A stretch of 64,000 nucleotides of DNA from Chrysomallon squamiferum (GCA_012295275.1 CM022670.1:22196001-22260000), one strand, 5' to 3'; shown: positions 43,601 to 58,870, counted from the first letter of the stretch. Made by a program: numbers and translations. Notes: generated from the sequence alone by a model not told the origin.

Positions 43601-45891
43601 CTTGTTTTAGTATTTATTTTATGCTACAATAACATTACTTTCATATTTATAGTGGAAAATGTAAAATTGTTTTATTTACATATTTAATCTGTGTAATTGT
43701 ATAAACATATTGCTATGTTTTATTCATGGACACTTATTTTTGAAAGAAAATTAGAACTTTGTGTGCCATTTCATACTTATATTATCATTTTAAAAAATGT
43801 ATATATAATTGCTAAATAAAATATTATTCCATTTCACAGTAGTTATAGAATTACTAAATAGAAAGATTAATTTAACACTGGGTAAAAAGATAAAAGACAA
43901 CATTCTAATTATGTCAAATGCCAAAAAAAAAAAAATATATATATATATTTTTCATGGAATTTAATAATTTTTAAAGAGATCTTTTAATTAATGAGGTAAA
44001 ATATTTTTTCAGTTTTATCAACTGTAGAATATTGTGTAGCAACTTGTCATCTGTGAAAAAAATCTATATTTTGTTAGTACATTATAAAAGTTGTGTGCGA
44101 GTGTACATGTTTGTTAATCACAAGGCGTGTCTTCTGTTGGTTGGGGTTTGTTGTCTGTTTTATGTAAGAATGAAGGGTCCATACAGTCAGTTTTATATAT
44201 GTACAGTATTGTATAACCATGCATGCCTTATTCCTAGTTATACCAAATCACCCCTTTATAACTCATCTATAGCAGTTCTCAGATTATTTCATAATAGTTA
44301 ATTATTTCTTCTTTTTTTTTCTGTTCAGTCACGTCTGAATTCAATATTATGCAGCATTTTTATAATTTTAATAAAACTATCTGTCTTTTAAAATAATAAA
44401 TAATATAAATATATTTTATTCTAAAATCTAGTTATACTCCATTTTCTTTCTTTTTTAAAGCAGCAACAACATAGTAATATAAAAATAATCACTGATATAT
44501 AATTACTATTAGAGATACTTTATTTTAATTATTTAAAATTAACAGTATGTAGACTTGTGAGAATAAAATAAGTGTATACAAAAGTAATAATAATAATTTA
44601 CAAAAAAGTTAATATACTGAAGGGTGAACCAGCCTAATAAAAGTGTAATCTTGTTTCATTTGATGGTTCATATTACAGTTATAACATTACTGAGCCAGTT
44701 ATAATGCTGCATTCTTATACTTTGTGTATGTAGTATGCTGTACCTTATCCACCTGTTACTGTTGTACATGTGATTGTAAATAAAATCAAAACTATTGAGT
44801 CATTAAATGCTTTTTGTTGTCCTTTTTTGAATGTTTATTATCAATTTGAAATGAACAAGAGAATGTTACAAATAACAAGTATTCTTTCTTTAATCAGCAT
44901 AACAGATCATTATGAATTTGTTGTCCTCTAGATTATTTTTATTTAGAAATAATTCATTAATATATAATTTTTGTTCAGATAAAAAAAAAAAAAAAAAGAC
45001 ACACACACACACACGTTTTCTTTCTTTTTATGTCTATATAACATTAATTTTAGTTTTTTACATTCTACATGCATGAACTGTGGCCAGATGTGTAAAACAG
45101 AATATACGGTCTTGGATTTTGTCACTGATGCTGTATCTCTGCCCCAGATAGATACAGCTTTCAACATCTTGTCATTTTGTTGTTGGCATATATTCAATAA
45201 TATTGGTATGTCATTTTCTAGCATTACCTTTGAGCTGTACATCTTAATCCTGTTTTTGTCGCTTTCTTTAGCAAGCTCTTGCAGCATTTATTTTAATTAT
45301 AGCATACGGGAAAACACATTTTATTAAAATACTTAAAATTCATCAAATATATCTCCAGCAAAAAAAAAAAAAAAAAAATTCAGATTTCATTTTTTTTTTA
45401 TTTCCAGTAAATTTCACTGCAGTTCTGGTGAAACGAGATGTCAGTAATATGTAACATATTTGTAACACGCATGAACTGAGTATTCATTATAAATGGAAAT
45501 TATATTGATAATATTAAACCAATTTTGAAGATGTAGTTTGTTTTAGCTTGTGGATGAATACACACGTATTTATACGTATTTATATTATATTATACATAGA
45601 CACAGATATATATATACAGTTAACGACATTAGTGTTAAACGATCTACCAATCCATTCTAGGTAATAATTATTACCAAAGAACATTACACCTAGCTCCAGT
45701 AACATTTTATCTATTATTAGTATTTACTGGATGAGAGATGCACATTACGCTAACAGTAGTTGGTAACAAAAGCTGAACGTAAAAACCAGTCAACTATCGC
45801 CGGCACCTTGGGTTTTATCTCCGACAGTTCGTAGTATCTTTCGTCTTTGTGAGCCTAGAATTTAAGAATTTCGTGGGAAAATATCTCCATC

Positions 45892-46199
45892 ATGGATCCG
45901 AAGACTTTCATGGACATTGCCGTTGTTATAACGAAGTTGAAAATGTTCCCATATTTCGACATAGCGCATTATGCTTTGATGTGTATGTCTGTTCGAGATG
46001 ATATGCCGCAAGGTGAGAATCGTGTAATTCCAGTATAACTGTCATTCTTGTTTATAAGTATTAATATGTTTTGTAAATAGTAACACAACGATGTTTTTAT
46101 TAAAGAAATAATTAATGAAATAATTAATTAATTATTTTAATAAACTGATGTCAGTTTGAAGTTTGAGATCATTTGAAATTTGAATGAAATAATTAAGCC

Positions 46200-46237
<38 letters not shown>

Positions 46238-49200
46238 CATTTTAACGGGCTTGGAGGTAGATAACTTCTAGTATATGTTGGGGTTTTTTGACCCATATAT
46301 ACACTATTTTCACTTACTTAGCAAATGCATCAGAACTGATGTTTTAATAATACATTAATATTGTATATTGCCTGGAGGATAACTATGCAAATATTATTGA
46401 TTATTTAATTCCTTTATCACTATTTTAAGTAGTTAGAAATTGTGAGTTGCTATTTGAGAAAAGATTAATTTTTAAACTCAGATAATTTCAAATATAATAT
46501 ATGTATTATAATAAACATACAAAAGATGTGTGTTAAAAATGTTAGCTATTAGATAAACATAAGACATTTTTAAGGAATAATTATTTTAAAACTTATGTTA
46601 GAATCATTATTGTAAGATGTAAAAACAACTTACAAAAAGATTTAAAATTCCCAGGTTGCAGAAATGGAAAGTATTTTGTCAGACTAGTTCAGCGGCATGC
46701 AGAGATCTGCTGATGCCTGGGGCCAACTCCTTGACTGTATGCCCCGAATACTCAAGTATAAAGCCTTGTACTGAGAAATATTATGAGAAAGGAAGATATT
46801 TGGAATATGTAAACACAGATGAAACATAAAATAATCACTTTATTCAGTTTAAATATAAATCAACAAAATTTACTGAGTTTTTTTCTGATTGGATACCCCC
46901 ATTTGGATGCCTGGGACCACTCCCCTTCGGCCCCCTCTCTGCATGCCACTGGACTAGTTTTGACTAGTACCAAATAAAATTGAGTGGTCTGCAAAACAAT
47001 ATTTTATTGTTTAATATTAAAATTAAAATAGATACATATCACCTGACTATTTTAATTTCATTAGCAAAATGAAAAAAAGCAAGTGCCTTCATATTTCTGT
47101 TGTTACAAACATATTACTATATAGAGGATTCAGGGATTTTTTTTATCTGAAAAATAACAGACTTTTGTAATCTTTATCCACTGAGACTTGTTGAGATTTA
47201 AAGATTAATAAATAAAAATAATGTGTCCAGTTAGATAACTGTTTGTTACTTTATTTTATTATTATTATTGTTATTTTACTTAAATTATTATTCAACAATA
47301 GGTAGAATTCCAAAAGCATTATTATAATTTAAAAAAAAAAAAAATGTTAATATTGCATTTGCTATTCTGGTGAGTGATTCGCCCGAGGGTGAATTACTTT
47401 AGAAGGAAAGCAAAACATAAATTACCATATACAAAAGATAAAGGCAGAATGTGAAATAGTTTAAGAAATTCAGCATTAGTACATTGAAAAGAAAAGGGAG
47501 ACATCACTGAACATTTTTTAATAATTTTTGTTGACTATTAGTATTAAGGAATTGTATTTCTCTCTATATTTTAAGAAATAAAATAATTAAAAACGTAAAT
47601 AAAACAAATTTTAAAAAAAAGAAGAAAAGAATATATTACAATTCTGAATGCATAAAATTTGTCGACACTGATGACATTTACAGTAATGATGGTTGAAAGG
47701 TGAATGCATTTCTTTGCTATCAGTTATATAATTTATATATTGATATAATTTTCTCATTTATAATTAGCTCATAAATAATGTATGTAGTTTTTGCTGTAGG
47801 TGTTTATGTTATTTTAATTTTAATTATAAGATAAGTAATTTAATCTACTTTAATATGGTAATGATAAAAACCTGAATTCAACCAGCATGATCTGTTGGGT
47901 TGACAGCAGTAAAAATAAATTTTAAATATAAATTTTCAAAAATATATAAATGATAGTGAATATTTAAAAAATTATTTGAATTTCCATATTGAAAAATAAA
48001 TGTGTGAATTTTGTGGGTTAGTTAGAAGAAAAAGAAGAAAAAGAATGGAAAAATAATATTTATTTAGTTGACTTCTGTCCTGCTTGTTACGATTACTTTC
48101 TATTTGTTTTTCACATGAAGATGAAAATTAGAAATGACACAGACATAATACAATAAATACATTTAAAATTAATTCATTTTTTTGTTCTATGTTAATCACT
48201 AATCAGCATCATTAATTATGTTATGCATTGGTTATTAAAACACTTTTAAAAATAGGATACAAAAGTTATTACCTCTTAATTTCAGAATTTTCTTCATTAA
48301 TCTTTGTTATTATCTGATAATATTGATAAAACATCATGTTCATTTAGTAACTGTCATGTTTGTTTTGTCTTTTGAATAAAAGACTATTTTTTTTAGCCTG
48401 AATGTAAATAAAGATCATATCACCATCTATTATCCTTTTATTTATCAAAAGCTTATTCATCATGCTACTAAGAATTGCAGTTATTGTAAAAAATTTGGGT
48501 AACTCTAAAATTATTACTGAATATAATGATTTCATTGTGAAAACAGACAAAAGTATTTGTGTATAAAATCACCCTTTTAAGTTGTATTATTACTGTTTGT
48601 GTTAATTACTGGTTAATTACATTTTGCTTTTCTGTTGTTGTTTTTTTCTTTTTTTTCCTACATCTGGTTCTGTTCTGTTAATATTACTGTTATTTGTAAA
48701 ACAGATGTAACTTATAAGTACACACAGATATCGTCTGAAAAGCTGGCCGTATTTCCTACAACTGTGAAAAAAAAGAAATACTTGTCTTTATATTTTCTCC
48801 ACAATGTTTATGATCCTCTTGCTGTTTGTACTATTTCAGTACTTGTAGATCAAAGTCAGAGTAGGTAGGTATGTGATATAGGTAGTTTAGCTTATCTTCT
48901 ATTCAAGGTCATTTAAAAAAGATTTGTGTCATAAATTAGATCACTGCTAAGCAGACGTTACTTACAGAATGTAATAGCTAATGCTATTCAGTGTTATTGC
49001 AAGTTTATTATCCTGATTTTATTAATTATTAAAAATGGTTGTGTGTTTATGTGTGTACATACAGATCATGAAATTTTTATGTAAAATTGTATGTTTTTTA
49101 TTTAATTATTAATTAATTAATTATTTATTTTTTATGTTTCATTTTTACCTTTTCTTATTTGTTGATATTAAATTTTTATGCTTTTTAGAACTGTGTCTGG

Positions 49201-51901
49201 CATAGAGCATATATAATTTTTTATTTTCAATTTAAAACAAATCACGTTTGTGTGTATTAGTGTATACATATAGATCACAAAATGTTTATGTAAAATTATA
49301 TATTTATTTTTTATTTAATTATTAATTAATTAATTATTTATTTTTTACATTTCATTTTTACCTTTTCTTATTTGTTGATAATAAATTTTATTGATTTTGA
49401 GAATTGTGCCTGAAATAGAGCACATATAATTTTTTTTATTTTCTATTTAAAACAAAACAAAACAAATAAAAGCATCAACCTAAGAAAAAAGGTTAAATTG
49501 TTGCTGAACATAATTAGTTATCTTTGTAAAAATAGTTTTATAGCATAAATCAAAAATAAGTTCTAAATAACAATTAAATTTAAGATATAATTTTTTTATT
49601 TTTTTTCATAGCTGTAAATATTTTCATTACAGTTCAAGGGCATCAGGCAAATGTTCAGCCTTTCTACAGAAAACATCCTCTGTCCACCTGGGTGTCAAGC
49701 ATGATGACATGTTTTGCTGGTGGCATTATTGCCAACATCCTGCTAGGGGAGCCAGCCATTACTCCCTTCAAAGACCACAGAAACCTTCTAGTTGCTACTG
49801 CAGTATGGTAAGTGATTTGGATTTATAAAATAAATATCTCTTACACAGTGAAATAGCCTTGGAGGAGGGAAAAGTTGTTTTTCTTTAGTTTTGTGTTATA
49901 AAAGACATCTGATGAAAGTGAACTCGTATTATCAATGAACAGTACACTGGTAATACATTACATAATGTAAATAAAACATTAGTTATTTAAAGTTTTTCTG
50001 CTTTTTGTCATAATCAAGGCCAGATATGCCATATACGCTTTCTAGGCTAGAGCCTAGGGGGGCAGTTTATGAAAATTGTTACTGGCCAGTGTTACCAACT
50101 ATGTGTCTTTCGCACACAATTGGGCACTTTTTTAGGAGATGATGTGGTAAATTATCAAGTTGTGCACTTTGTTAAATGTTATAACAATGTTTAATTATGG
50201 ATATCCTCATTGTACTGAATAACTGAACAAATTCTTTGATGTACTGTATAAATAAATCACTGTGTTTATGTCAAATCATGCTTTTGCGTCCTTCTAGACC
50301 ATAAGTTATCAAAAATTGTATATTTCATATTATATAAGAAACAAAGTGGGCTTGAAGAGGGGACGTTAAATCCGGCACTGGTCATAATCTACAGACATTG
50401 CAGAAATTCAATATGTCAGCTCTATAATAAGCAATAAACAAACTAGTGTTAGTCTGTGAAATGAGATAAAGTTGTATTTGGCAACATTTATCATCAGATT
50501 TGTAATATTCAGCATTTGAAAGTCTGTGCTAGTTAATTTTCATTATTTGTTGAACGGTAGAAAACCGTTTCTAAGAAAATGCAAGACCTAAAGTCTTAAT
50601 TTGACTTGGATTGATTAAACATTAATGAAAGAATAGAAAATAATGTCTTTCCTTATGAAATTTTGTTAGGGCCTGGTATCATTTTAAAAGTTGAAAATAC
50701 ATTCATTTAGCATTTTAGTTGTTAGAAAATGTATTATAACTGGCAGCATAACATACATCCCTTCTATCTACATATTTTTGTAAATATATATATATCTTTT
50801 TGTTTGTAGGTATCTGATATTTTACTCTCCTTTTGATATTGTCTACAAGCTGGCAAAGTTGCTTCCCTTCAAAGCTGGTCTTTCGGTTCTTAAAGAAGTG
50901 CAAAGAGCTCACAAAGTCTACCATGGTGTTTTACATACAGCAAAGATCTACCCTGGCTCATACTTTATTATTGTCATTATTGGCACACTGAAGGGTAAGT
51001 GCAGTACTTTTGGTCAGTGGCCTAGATTCTACTCTGATCCCCTGGAAGTGACCTTTTTCCCACATAAATCAGAATTAGGTTACTATTGCCTACCTTACAA
51101 TAAGGCAGCATTTTTATGTTAACTATTTGTCAAAAATATGAAGATTTTAGAAGTTGATATATGTAGTGAATTAATAATAAAATCCCTACATCCTTTGCAC
51201 TGCACCAAACTGCATAAATCAGTGTACTATATTACTGTCTTAATCACAGATTTATTTTCCTTACTCATGTTTATAACTGCTGTTTTGTATTACCCTTGGA
51301 ATGCAAAAATCACACATATACTATATATGGGAAAAATAGTAAGAGATGTATCTTATTTTCACAGGTTCTGGAAGCAGCATTATGAAGAACTTTGAAAGGC
51401 TGGTTCGTGGACTGTGGATTCCTGGATCAAGTGAATTTCTACAGCCAACTTTGTAAGTTGAGTTATTTAAACTGTTACTTACTGTTACTTGCTGCCTCCG
51501 ATCTTTTTTAATTGACATAATAATGAATGTATCAAAAATGCTCAGTGTTTTTTACCAGAGATTGTTGTTAATTCACATTCTTTATATCTTTCAGTACCAC
51601 TAAGGCGTCATTAGTTGCTGCATCTATTTTTCTGCTTGAACGCCTCAACTACATCAGTGTGCCACATCCACTTATCTACTTCAGTGTTGTTATATTCTTT
51701 ATATACTTCAAACTGTCATCACTGATCCTAGGAATTCGAGATCCGTTTTCTCCATTCGAGAATCTTTTCTGTGCCATCTTTATGGGTGGTATGTGGGATG
51801 CCATGAGAAGAGCTGTTTCTAAGGAGACAAAGAAGGAAGAAGAAAACAAGGATCTTAGAAATGACCTGCACAAGACAAAAGAAGAGAAAAAGAAGGACTG
51901 A
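45892..51901 (+). CDS. TMEM38: Trimeric intracellular cation channel (TRIC/TMEM38), about 291 aa, 5 exons
   Basis: Exons 45892-46012, 49633-49807, 50810-50994, 51365-51452, 51595-51901; total 876 nt. Motifs: MFPYFDIAHY, RKHPLSTWVSSMMTCFAGG, LLGEP, WYLIFYSPFD, KEVQRAHKVYHGV, KGSGS, DPFSPFEN, and a C-terminal KKKD* di-lysine ER-retrieval signal. Confidence 0.95.
46690..46951. mobile_element. Non-autonomous hAT-type MITE (262 bp) in TMEM38 intron 1
   Basis: Perfect 8-bp TSD GACTAGTT (46682-46689 and 46952-46959). 16-bp TIR CAG(C/T)GGCATGCAGAGA with one mismatch. Subterminal GATGCCTGGG near both ends. Confidence 0.9.
49040..49455 (+). repeat. About 208-bp tandem duplication in TMEM38 intron 1
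   Basis: GTGTGT...AGATCA...TTTATGTAAAATT...TTAATTAATTAATT...CCTTTTCTTATTTGTTGATA...ATAGAGCA...ATTTAAAACAAA occurs twice, at about 49040-49240 and 49249-49455. Confidence 0.85.
50015..50380. mobile_element. Non-autonomous hAT-type element (366 bp) in TMEM38 intron 2
   Basis: 8-bp TSD GTCATAAT (50007-50014 and 50381-50388). Imperfect TIRs CAAGGCCAGAT and (reverse complement) CAGTGCCGGAT, with GC-rich subterminal regions. Confidence 0.75.
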
Positions 51902-54900
51902 ATACAGAGAAGAACTTTAAGGAATGTTAGATAAGTTTTTGAAGAAAAAATAAAATAGCACAGCAAAACTGAAATTTGAACAGATTAGGCTTCACTAATT
52001 TGCATGATTAAATTTGATTTCGTTCCCTTCAATAAATTTAAGCAGGGAAAAAAGGTCTTCTCTGTTTGCTGTTTACAACCTATTGCAGGCCACCTATTCT
52101 AACAAAATTAGTAGTCATTCTCATATAAAAAAAAGAAGTGAATTAGACAGAGCTGAATTTCACCTTATTTTATTGATATTTAATAAGTATCTAATAAGTT
52201 TTTCAATCTATAATCAGAGCAAAAAAAAATCAAAAGATAAAATAATTATTTTAACTACCAAAAGTTGTTGTTAAAAATGCGCACATTTTGAATTTTGAAT
52301 CAGAAAACTATTTTTGTAAATAGTATTTTTATTTTTATTATATTCTCCTATTTAGTCAAGAAATAACAAATCCAATTTTATTTTAAAATAATTTAGAACT
52401 TTCAATTGCATTAACTATTAGACAGATCTAAATTAAATACAACGTCCAGTAGATTTAGTGTAAAATGAAAATAAAATTAGTATTTAATTATTAATTTTCA
52501 AAAGCAAAGAAAACATAGATGCCAGAACTCCATTTACATTTACCAGATTTAAATATCTGCCTATCATAAGATTCTTTTATGTTGATCTCACCTTGCTATT
52601 GCCACCAATTAAACAAATGGTGAGTTAAATGAATAATTATTTGCTTTCAGACCTGTTATAATACCCACTTGTGAGTTTCAATTGTTTTTGCTTGGTAGTT
52701 AAAATTATTGTTGTTTCAGTAACTATTAACCGGTAAGATATTTATCAAATCAAAATGTCTTAATATTCCATTTTTCAATCACATCGACCTTCAGTTAAAT
52801 GTTGAATCTGTTTTTATTTTGTGGTTGTCATAAAATTATTTTTAAAAACAACCGACCATCCAATTTACATTTTAAGCGGAAACGAGATAAAATTGTAACT
52901 TACATGTTGTCATTTGATGTTAAATGACCTCTTGCGTTCTTTTTTTTTCTGTTAGATAATCGGATATGACAGAACAAACAAATATTCAGATCTCATCTAC
53001 AGGAAAGTTTTACTGGAATCATTGTGTGCGTGTTTTTATTTATAATCAAACAAGTAGAATCATATCTGCTTCCATCAATTAATGTGAAATTGCTTTGTTA
53101 CCATGTATTCTTCTGAGATAATTGTCATCTGTGGTACTTTCTTACTTCAGTATTTTTTATCATACCAGAAACAAGTCTTAGGTGAAAGGTGTTCATTTAA
53201 TTACATAATGTTGGAAGGAAAATTTTGTATTGCTGTTTTATTTATGAGTCACTGCCAACATGATATTAAATGAACATGAGAAAGATTATTATCTTTAATT
53301 ATTCAGTTGAGGGAATAACAGTACATATAGCTGAACCAGTTGTCTTAAAACTAAGTGAACCAAAACAAAATCTTTACAGCTACTATAATGAAAATATGTT
53401 AGCAGTCTGGCTTTTAATTTTAAGTAAATGCCATCTAAATGGTAATTTTAGGCACTAGTCAGGATTAATTAAAATGGTTAAGTAATTTTGATTCAGTTGA
53501 TTAAATTCTTTGTTAGCATAATGTAGAAATGAATACATTATTGAAACAGAACAGATTTCTGTGGCCACAGTTATATTACAAAAGTATCTTTTCCTCATAA
53601 ATCTGACATTTTTATATGCATAAAAATATGCATACGGTATCATTTGAAGTTCTGACTAATATTAATGTTGTTGTTAAATTTGTAATTCTCACAGAAGTCA
53701 AGGTACAGGTTTTCTTAGTTAACCGGAACTATAATTGCAATAATATTTTTATGGATACATTTTATTAATCTTTTGTGAAAGTCAAACTTGTAGAATGGAA
53801 GATTTCATGTTAGTCATATTTTATGAAAACTAATTTTCAACTCTTTACAATCATGCTTCGGGTCTTTTGCACCACTGAATTATGATTTTAAATAGTTCTC
53901 AAACTGATGAAAATTATCAGAAGATCAGATATATAAATTAAATTCATACAGCTGTTTGATTGATGAATTAAAAGAATAATGTTTACTTTCATACGGGAAA
54001 TGTACTGCAATATTTCATAATTAATGGATGTTTTGTTATGGTGCTTATTCTTTTCACTTGGGTTGTGAATTGAATTATATATAAAAATGTTACTTACATA
54101 AAGAAACAAAAATTAAATGTTTGTGAATAATGGAAATACATGAATGTATACAATAAGCCAATTTAAGGCACATACAAAATATCATTGTTAGGAAAGAGAG
54201 ATTTATTTGTTAGTGAAATGAAAGAAAAAGAAGAGCCATTATATAAAACCATTCAGCATTTTGTATATGAAACATTCCAAAACAGAAAATAAGATCATTA
54301 CTTTGCTTGATAATAAAAAATTTAATGTATATTTGTGAAAAGACAAAATGCTCTTTGAAGCTATAATTGTTACAAGCAACACTGACAAAACATTTTTTAT
54401 GTGCAAATAATATTTTGTAGATATGGTATAATCAGGAACGGTAAAAACAAAAGATAACTATTTTCTCAGGTTTACACTGTTAAAGAACAACAATCATGGA
54501 AAATATATTATATTGCTTGGTATCCATTAATCAAATTTGTAGTGAATAGCCTATTTGGAACTGAGATATATATATATTTATATATATATGATAAAAAATA
54601 TGTATATGTGTGAGTATAAAATTGGCATTGGCACATAACTGATTTTATCATTATAATGAGATTGCTGTTATTATGAATTACTACAAGCACCAAAACTCAG
54701 TACTGACCCAGAAACACTCTAGAGCTTGCCAAGTGGTTTTAGAGAAGAAAAAAAGTGTGCTGAGTTGTAGACCTTTATTTATAAGCTGATAAGTATTAAC
54801 AAACAAATTGAAGAAACAAAAGTGGTAATTGTTAGACAATTTACCTCATCTAAATTCTTGTCATTTTCTGTTTAAGTTCTGAAGTTATTTATATCAGGGA

Positions 54901-57240
54901 GTCACTACAACGCCATGCGTTGTTTTGCAACACAAAACATGAAGTAAGATTATTGGGGTATTACTTTAAAATTTATTTAAGAAGTTGCTACAGTATATGC
55001 CGTTTTTAATGGGAAGGTGTTAATGTTTCAAAATAGACTGTTATAAGGAATACAAACCTTATTTTGATCATCTCCATCATATTCCAGCTTATTTCTTTCC
55101 TTTTCTTCATTAACTGGCATAGTATTTGAACACACCAAATTTGAATAAATTTCCCGTCCTACAGTTTAAAAAAAAAAAAAAATCTTGATTGCCACTCTTT
55201 ATTTAATACAGTCAGTTCATTTCAGTTTCATCATCAGAGCTTTTTAGAAATCTCTTCTGGCACTGGGCATCTTTTTTTTTTTTTTTTTTTTAAATGAATA
55301 TGCATAAAAGATAAAATATTGGATTACCTTTTATAATTATAAATAAAATAATAGTTGAACAGAAGAAAAAAAACCTTAAAGAATGGTGGAAATTATCATT
55401 TTACATTTGGTGCAGTTTTGAGAGCAATTGTAGTAATCCTGTGTATTACTGTCACTGTATGTATTCATCATAATAAATTGAATAATTGTTGTCTTTTTTC
55501 TGAAATATTTGTACATCTTTGTCTTCTTTATTGCCTTTCAGTGTGTGCCTTGACAATCACACCAATAAAATTTATAATTATTTAATTTCATATTTCAGGA
55601 ATAACAGTTATACTGTTTAGTAATCTGTTAGGAGAGTGAATGTGAGGTTATTAACTGTAGACAAACTAAGCAAAAGTAGAAAATAAATTATAGAAAAATC
55701 AGAATGAGATGTAGAAAAAAAAGACCAAAGATATTAAATACTCGTTTTTTCTTAACCTGTTACCATTGTCAATATAGTTGGTTTGATGCATATTAAAAAA
55801 GATCTATTTCATTTTGGTGAAGAACAAAATAAATTAGCATGTTACTTATTTATTTCAAAAAAAAAAGATTAGTTACTATAACAGTATTTTAGAAAAAACA
55901 TATCTCAGCTTAATGTTGATAAAAAAAAAAATTAATCTTGAAAAATGTTTATGCCTAGTAACTAATTTTAGTTAATTTAAAATGTAATATTTTTAAATAA
56001 ACAGAATCATCAAAATTTTAATTTTTGATAATAAAACCAAATAAGTGTCATATGGGGCTTTTTTCATTTAATTATTATACATTGTAATTATTAATATTGT
56101 AGTTGATTTAATTTAAATTGTTGGTATGTAAAACTGAAGATCTAGTAAAGAATAATAACAAAAAAATAAAAAAACAGACACAATGAAATAAATTAACATT
56201 TTCCAGGCATAGAAGTTTTAAAAAATCAGATAATTGATTTTAATATTGTATAGTTCTTAATCTCTATCTAATTACAGCCATGCCTACATAGGTTTCTTTT
56301 TCCTTTCTGTTTTTTTCTACAGTTTATGTCATCTTTGAATTACATGGCTTTATTTTGTTGTTTAAAAAAATAATTCTTACAGTAAATTGGTTAATTAATT
56401 TATGAACATTTCTGTTACACTGTTTACAGATAAAAGTAAATTCAGTTGTTATCATTTTATTTTAATAATAGACATAATTCTTAAAGTATGTGTTTACATG
56501 CTCTTTATATTGTTACTGTTTACCAGTAACTTGTTAGTAGTTCTTATTTTTTTGTGATCAGAGCACTAAAATTTAGAATACTTAGTATAGATTGTTTAAT
56601 CTCTTTTTAAAAATATCCATTTTCTTTATATATATACATTTGTGTGAGTGTGTTTTTATTTTTATTTTTTATTTTTTTTACAATAGACTAAATATTTTTC
56701 TGTGATCTGTAATAGAGTTGAAAAATCTCTGTTTGATTCTCTAATCATGACTTGTTTATTGTTGTGTGTATGGTTATTATACATGTGTGTTTTGTGTGAC
56801 TTTAAAATATGTGGCTATAGTTTTTTTAGTTACTATTTTTGTTATTGTATGTCCTCATTTCACTGTTTTCTTTCCATTACCTAACCATCTAAGTATTTTT
56901 GGAAAGTTCAGCCCAACTTTTCTACTGGAAATAAACAGAAGTATTTAAAAAATATTGTGTTTCTATTTTGTTACTTTTTAATATATTATTATTATTATTA
57001 TATAAAAAGATTAACAAATGATAAAGAAAAGTACAAGTACAAGGGAAAAAAAGACTTGTTTAAGGAACACCATTAGACTTTAAATTTATTGCTGATTGTC
57101 TGTTGAGTATAACAGGAGAAAAAATATACAATTTTTGAAAGTTTAACCATAAAAATATACCAACCAGAAATTATTCAGTCTGTTCACCACTACAGTGCTC
57201 AAACTACAGCTGCATACTTTTAAGTTTAGTCATTAATACA

Positions 57241-57248
<8 letters not shown>

Positions 57249-57287
<39 letters not shown>

Positions 57288-57337
57288 AGGGGTTAGAGCC
57301 AGAAGGTCTTAAGTGCATTTATATATATATATATATA
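57249..57337. repeat. (TA)n microsatellites
   Basis: Two (TA)n tracts visible directly. Confidence 0.85.
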
Positions 57338-58870
57338 ACCCCTTGCTTTGTACTATATTCATCTTGCACAAATTTATACAATATAATAAGTTGCAATTTT
57401 ATGCCACAAATGACTTACTACTGAATGTTCCTGAATCAAGTAAAAACAGCATCGTTATCTTCAATAATTTGGCCTTTAGTTACCATATATCCTTCTCTTT
57501 TATAACTTTTAATAGTTTGATGCAAACATTTTGAAAGATACAATGTGTGTGTGTATATATATATATATGTATTCTGTGTTTTAATGTTTCCACTGCTTTC
57601 CAAATTGGTCTTTATGTAATTGGTCTGGTAACTGTAATGAAAACACCTGGATATTAACAAAAAAAAAAAAAAAAAAAAGCACGAGACTTGCAGTAAGGAC
57701 TGGTAAATTTCTTTTTTTGTTAAGGAAGTAACCTGTCTTTACAATTGTTGGTAATTATTAATTTATTGTTTTTAATGAATAATTGATAAGTTAGAAATTC
57801 ATATCTTCAAAGACAAGTACTTTGAGACTTCTAAAACATGTAAGAATTTATAAATTTGTAAAATGTGGATTATGTTTGATCCTTTGTTATTCTGAATTCC
57901 TCTAAAATTTGTGAAATATAACAACAAATATTCAAATGTCTGAACTTAAATGAAACAGTACCTATAAATATATCTATATATATATATCATATTAAGCAGA
58001 TACAACAACTCAGATGGCAAGTTTAAAAGATTTTATTTTATTTTAGTTTATTTTATTTTATTTTTTTAATTTTTTATGCAGGAACATGTTTAAAATTTAA
58101 GGTTAAATCCCACCCACAGTAAGAAAAACAACAAAAAAAACCCCAAAAATGTAAACAAAAAAGAAAAAAAAAACAACCAGAAAAACCTACACAAAACCCC
58201 AGATTATTGTTGTGATGTTTTAAGGAAAATAAAATAAAATTTAGAGTATGTAAATATATTTTTTATAAGCAGTTTGATAAAGTCTGTAAAGTAGGACAAA
58301 TACAATAATAATAAAATCTATAGTAATGGTAATAAAATAAATACATACATACATTTAAAAAAATTTTTTTTTTACAAGTGGCCATTAGTGGCCACAAAAA
58401 ACAAGCTAATAAGAAGTATTATAATGACAAATTAATTGTATTAACAATAAAGAAAATAAATTTTATAATTTGTAAATGTATTTTTCATATAATAACATGC
58501 ATATGTGATCAGTTTGATAAAATGAATCATTTGTTTTTTAAAAAATACTATTTTAATTTTAAAAATGAATTTCTTCTTCTATATGATATTAAACAATAAA
58601 ACAAGGTAACAGAAAATATTATGACATTTAAAAATATATGGAGAACTTCAGTTTCTATACTTAGTGCCTATGTGAATTAAATGCTAAAACAACTTACATA
58701 ATATAAAATAACAATAATAATAATAAAAAGAAAAAACACAACAAAACAAAACCAACAAATAAAAAAATAATAAATTAAACAAAGTAAGACTTCATTATTT
58801 TCAGTGCAAAAAGCTCCTGATGGAAATCACAATTCAGCCAAATCATTTGTTGTCATAAATATCCAAATTC

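Noticed and set aside
44943-45327. 114-aa and 84-aa ORFs between MFSD14 and TMEM38
   Set aside because: No recognisable homology, and they run into simple repeats. Probably chance ORFs or a decayed repeat.
57287-57345. Short inverted repeat CAGGGGTTA...TAACCCCTTG among (TA)n tracts
   Set aside because: Too short and lacks a TSD, so it cannot be called a MITE.
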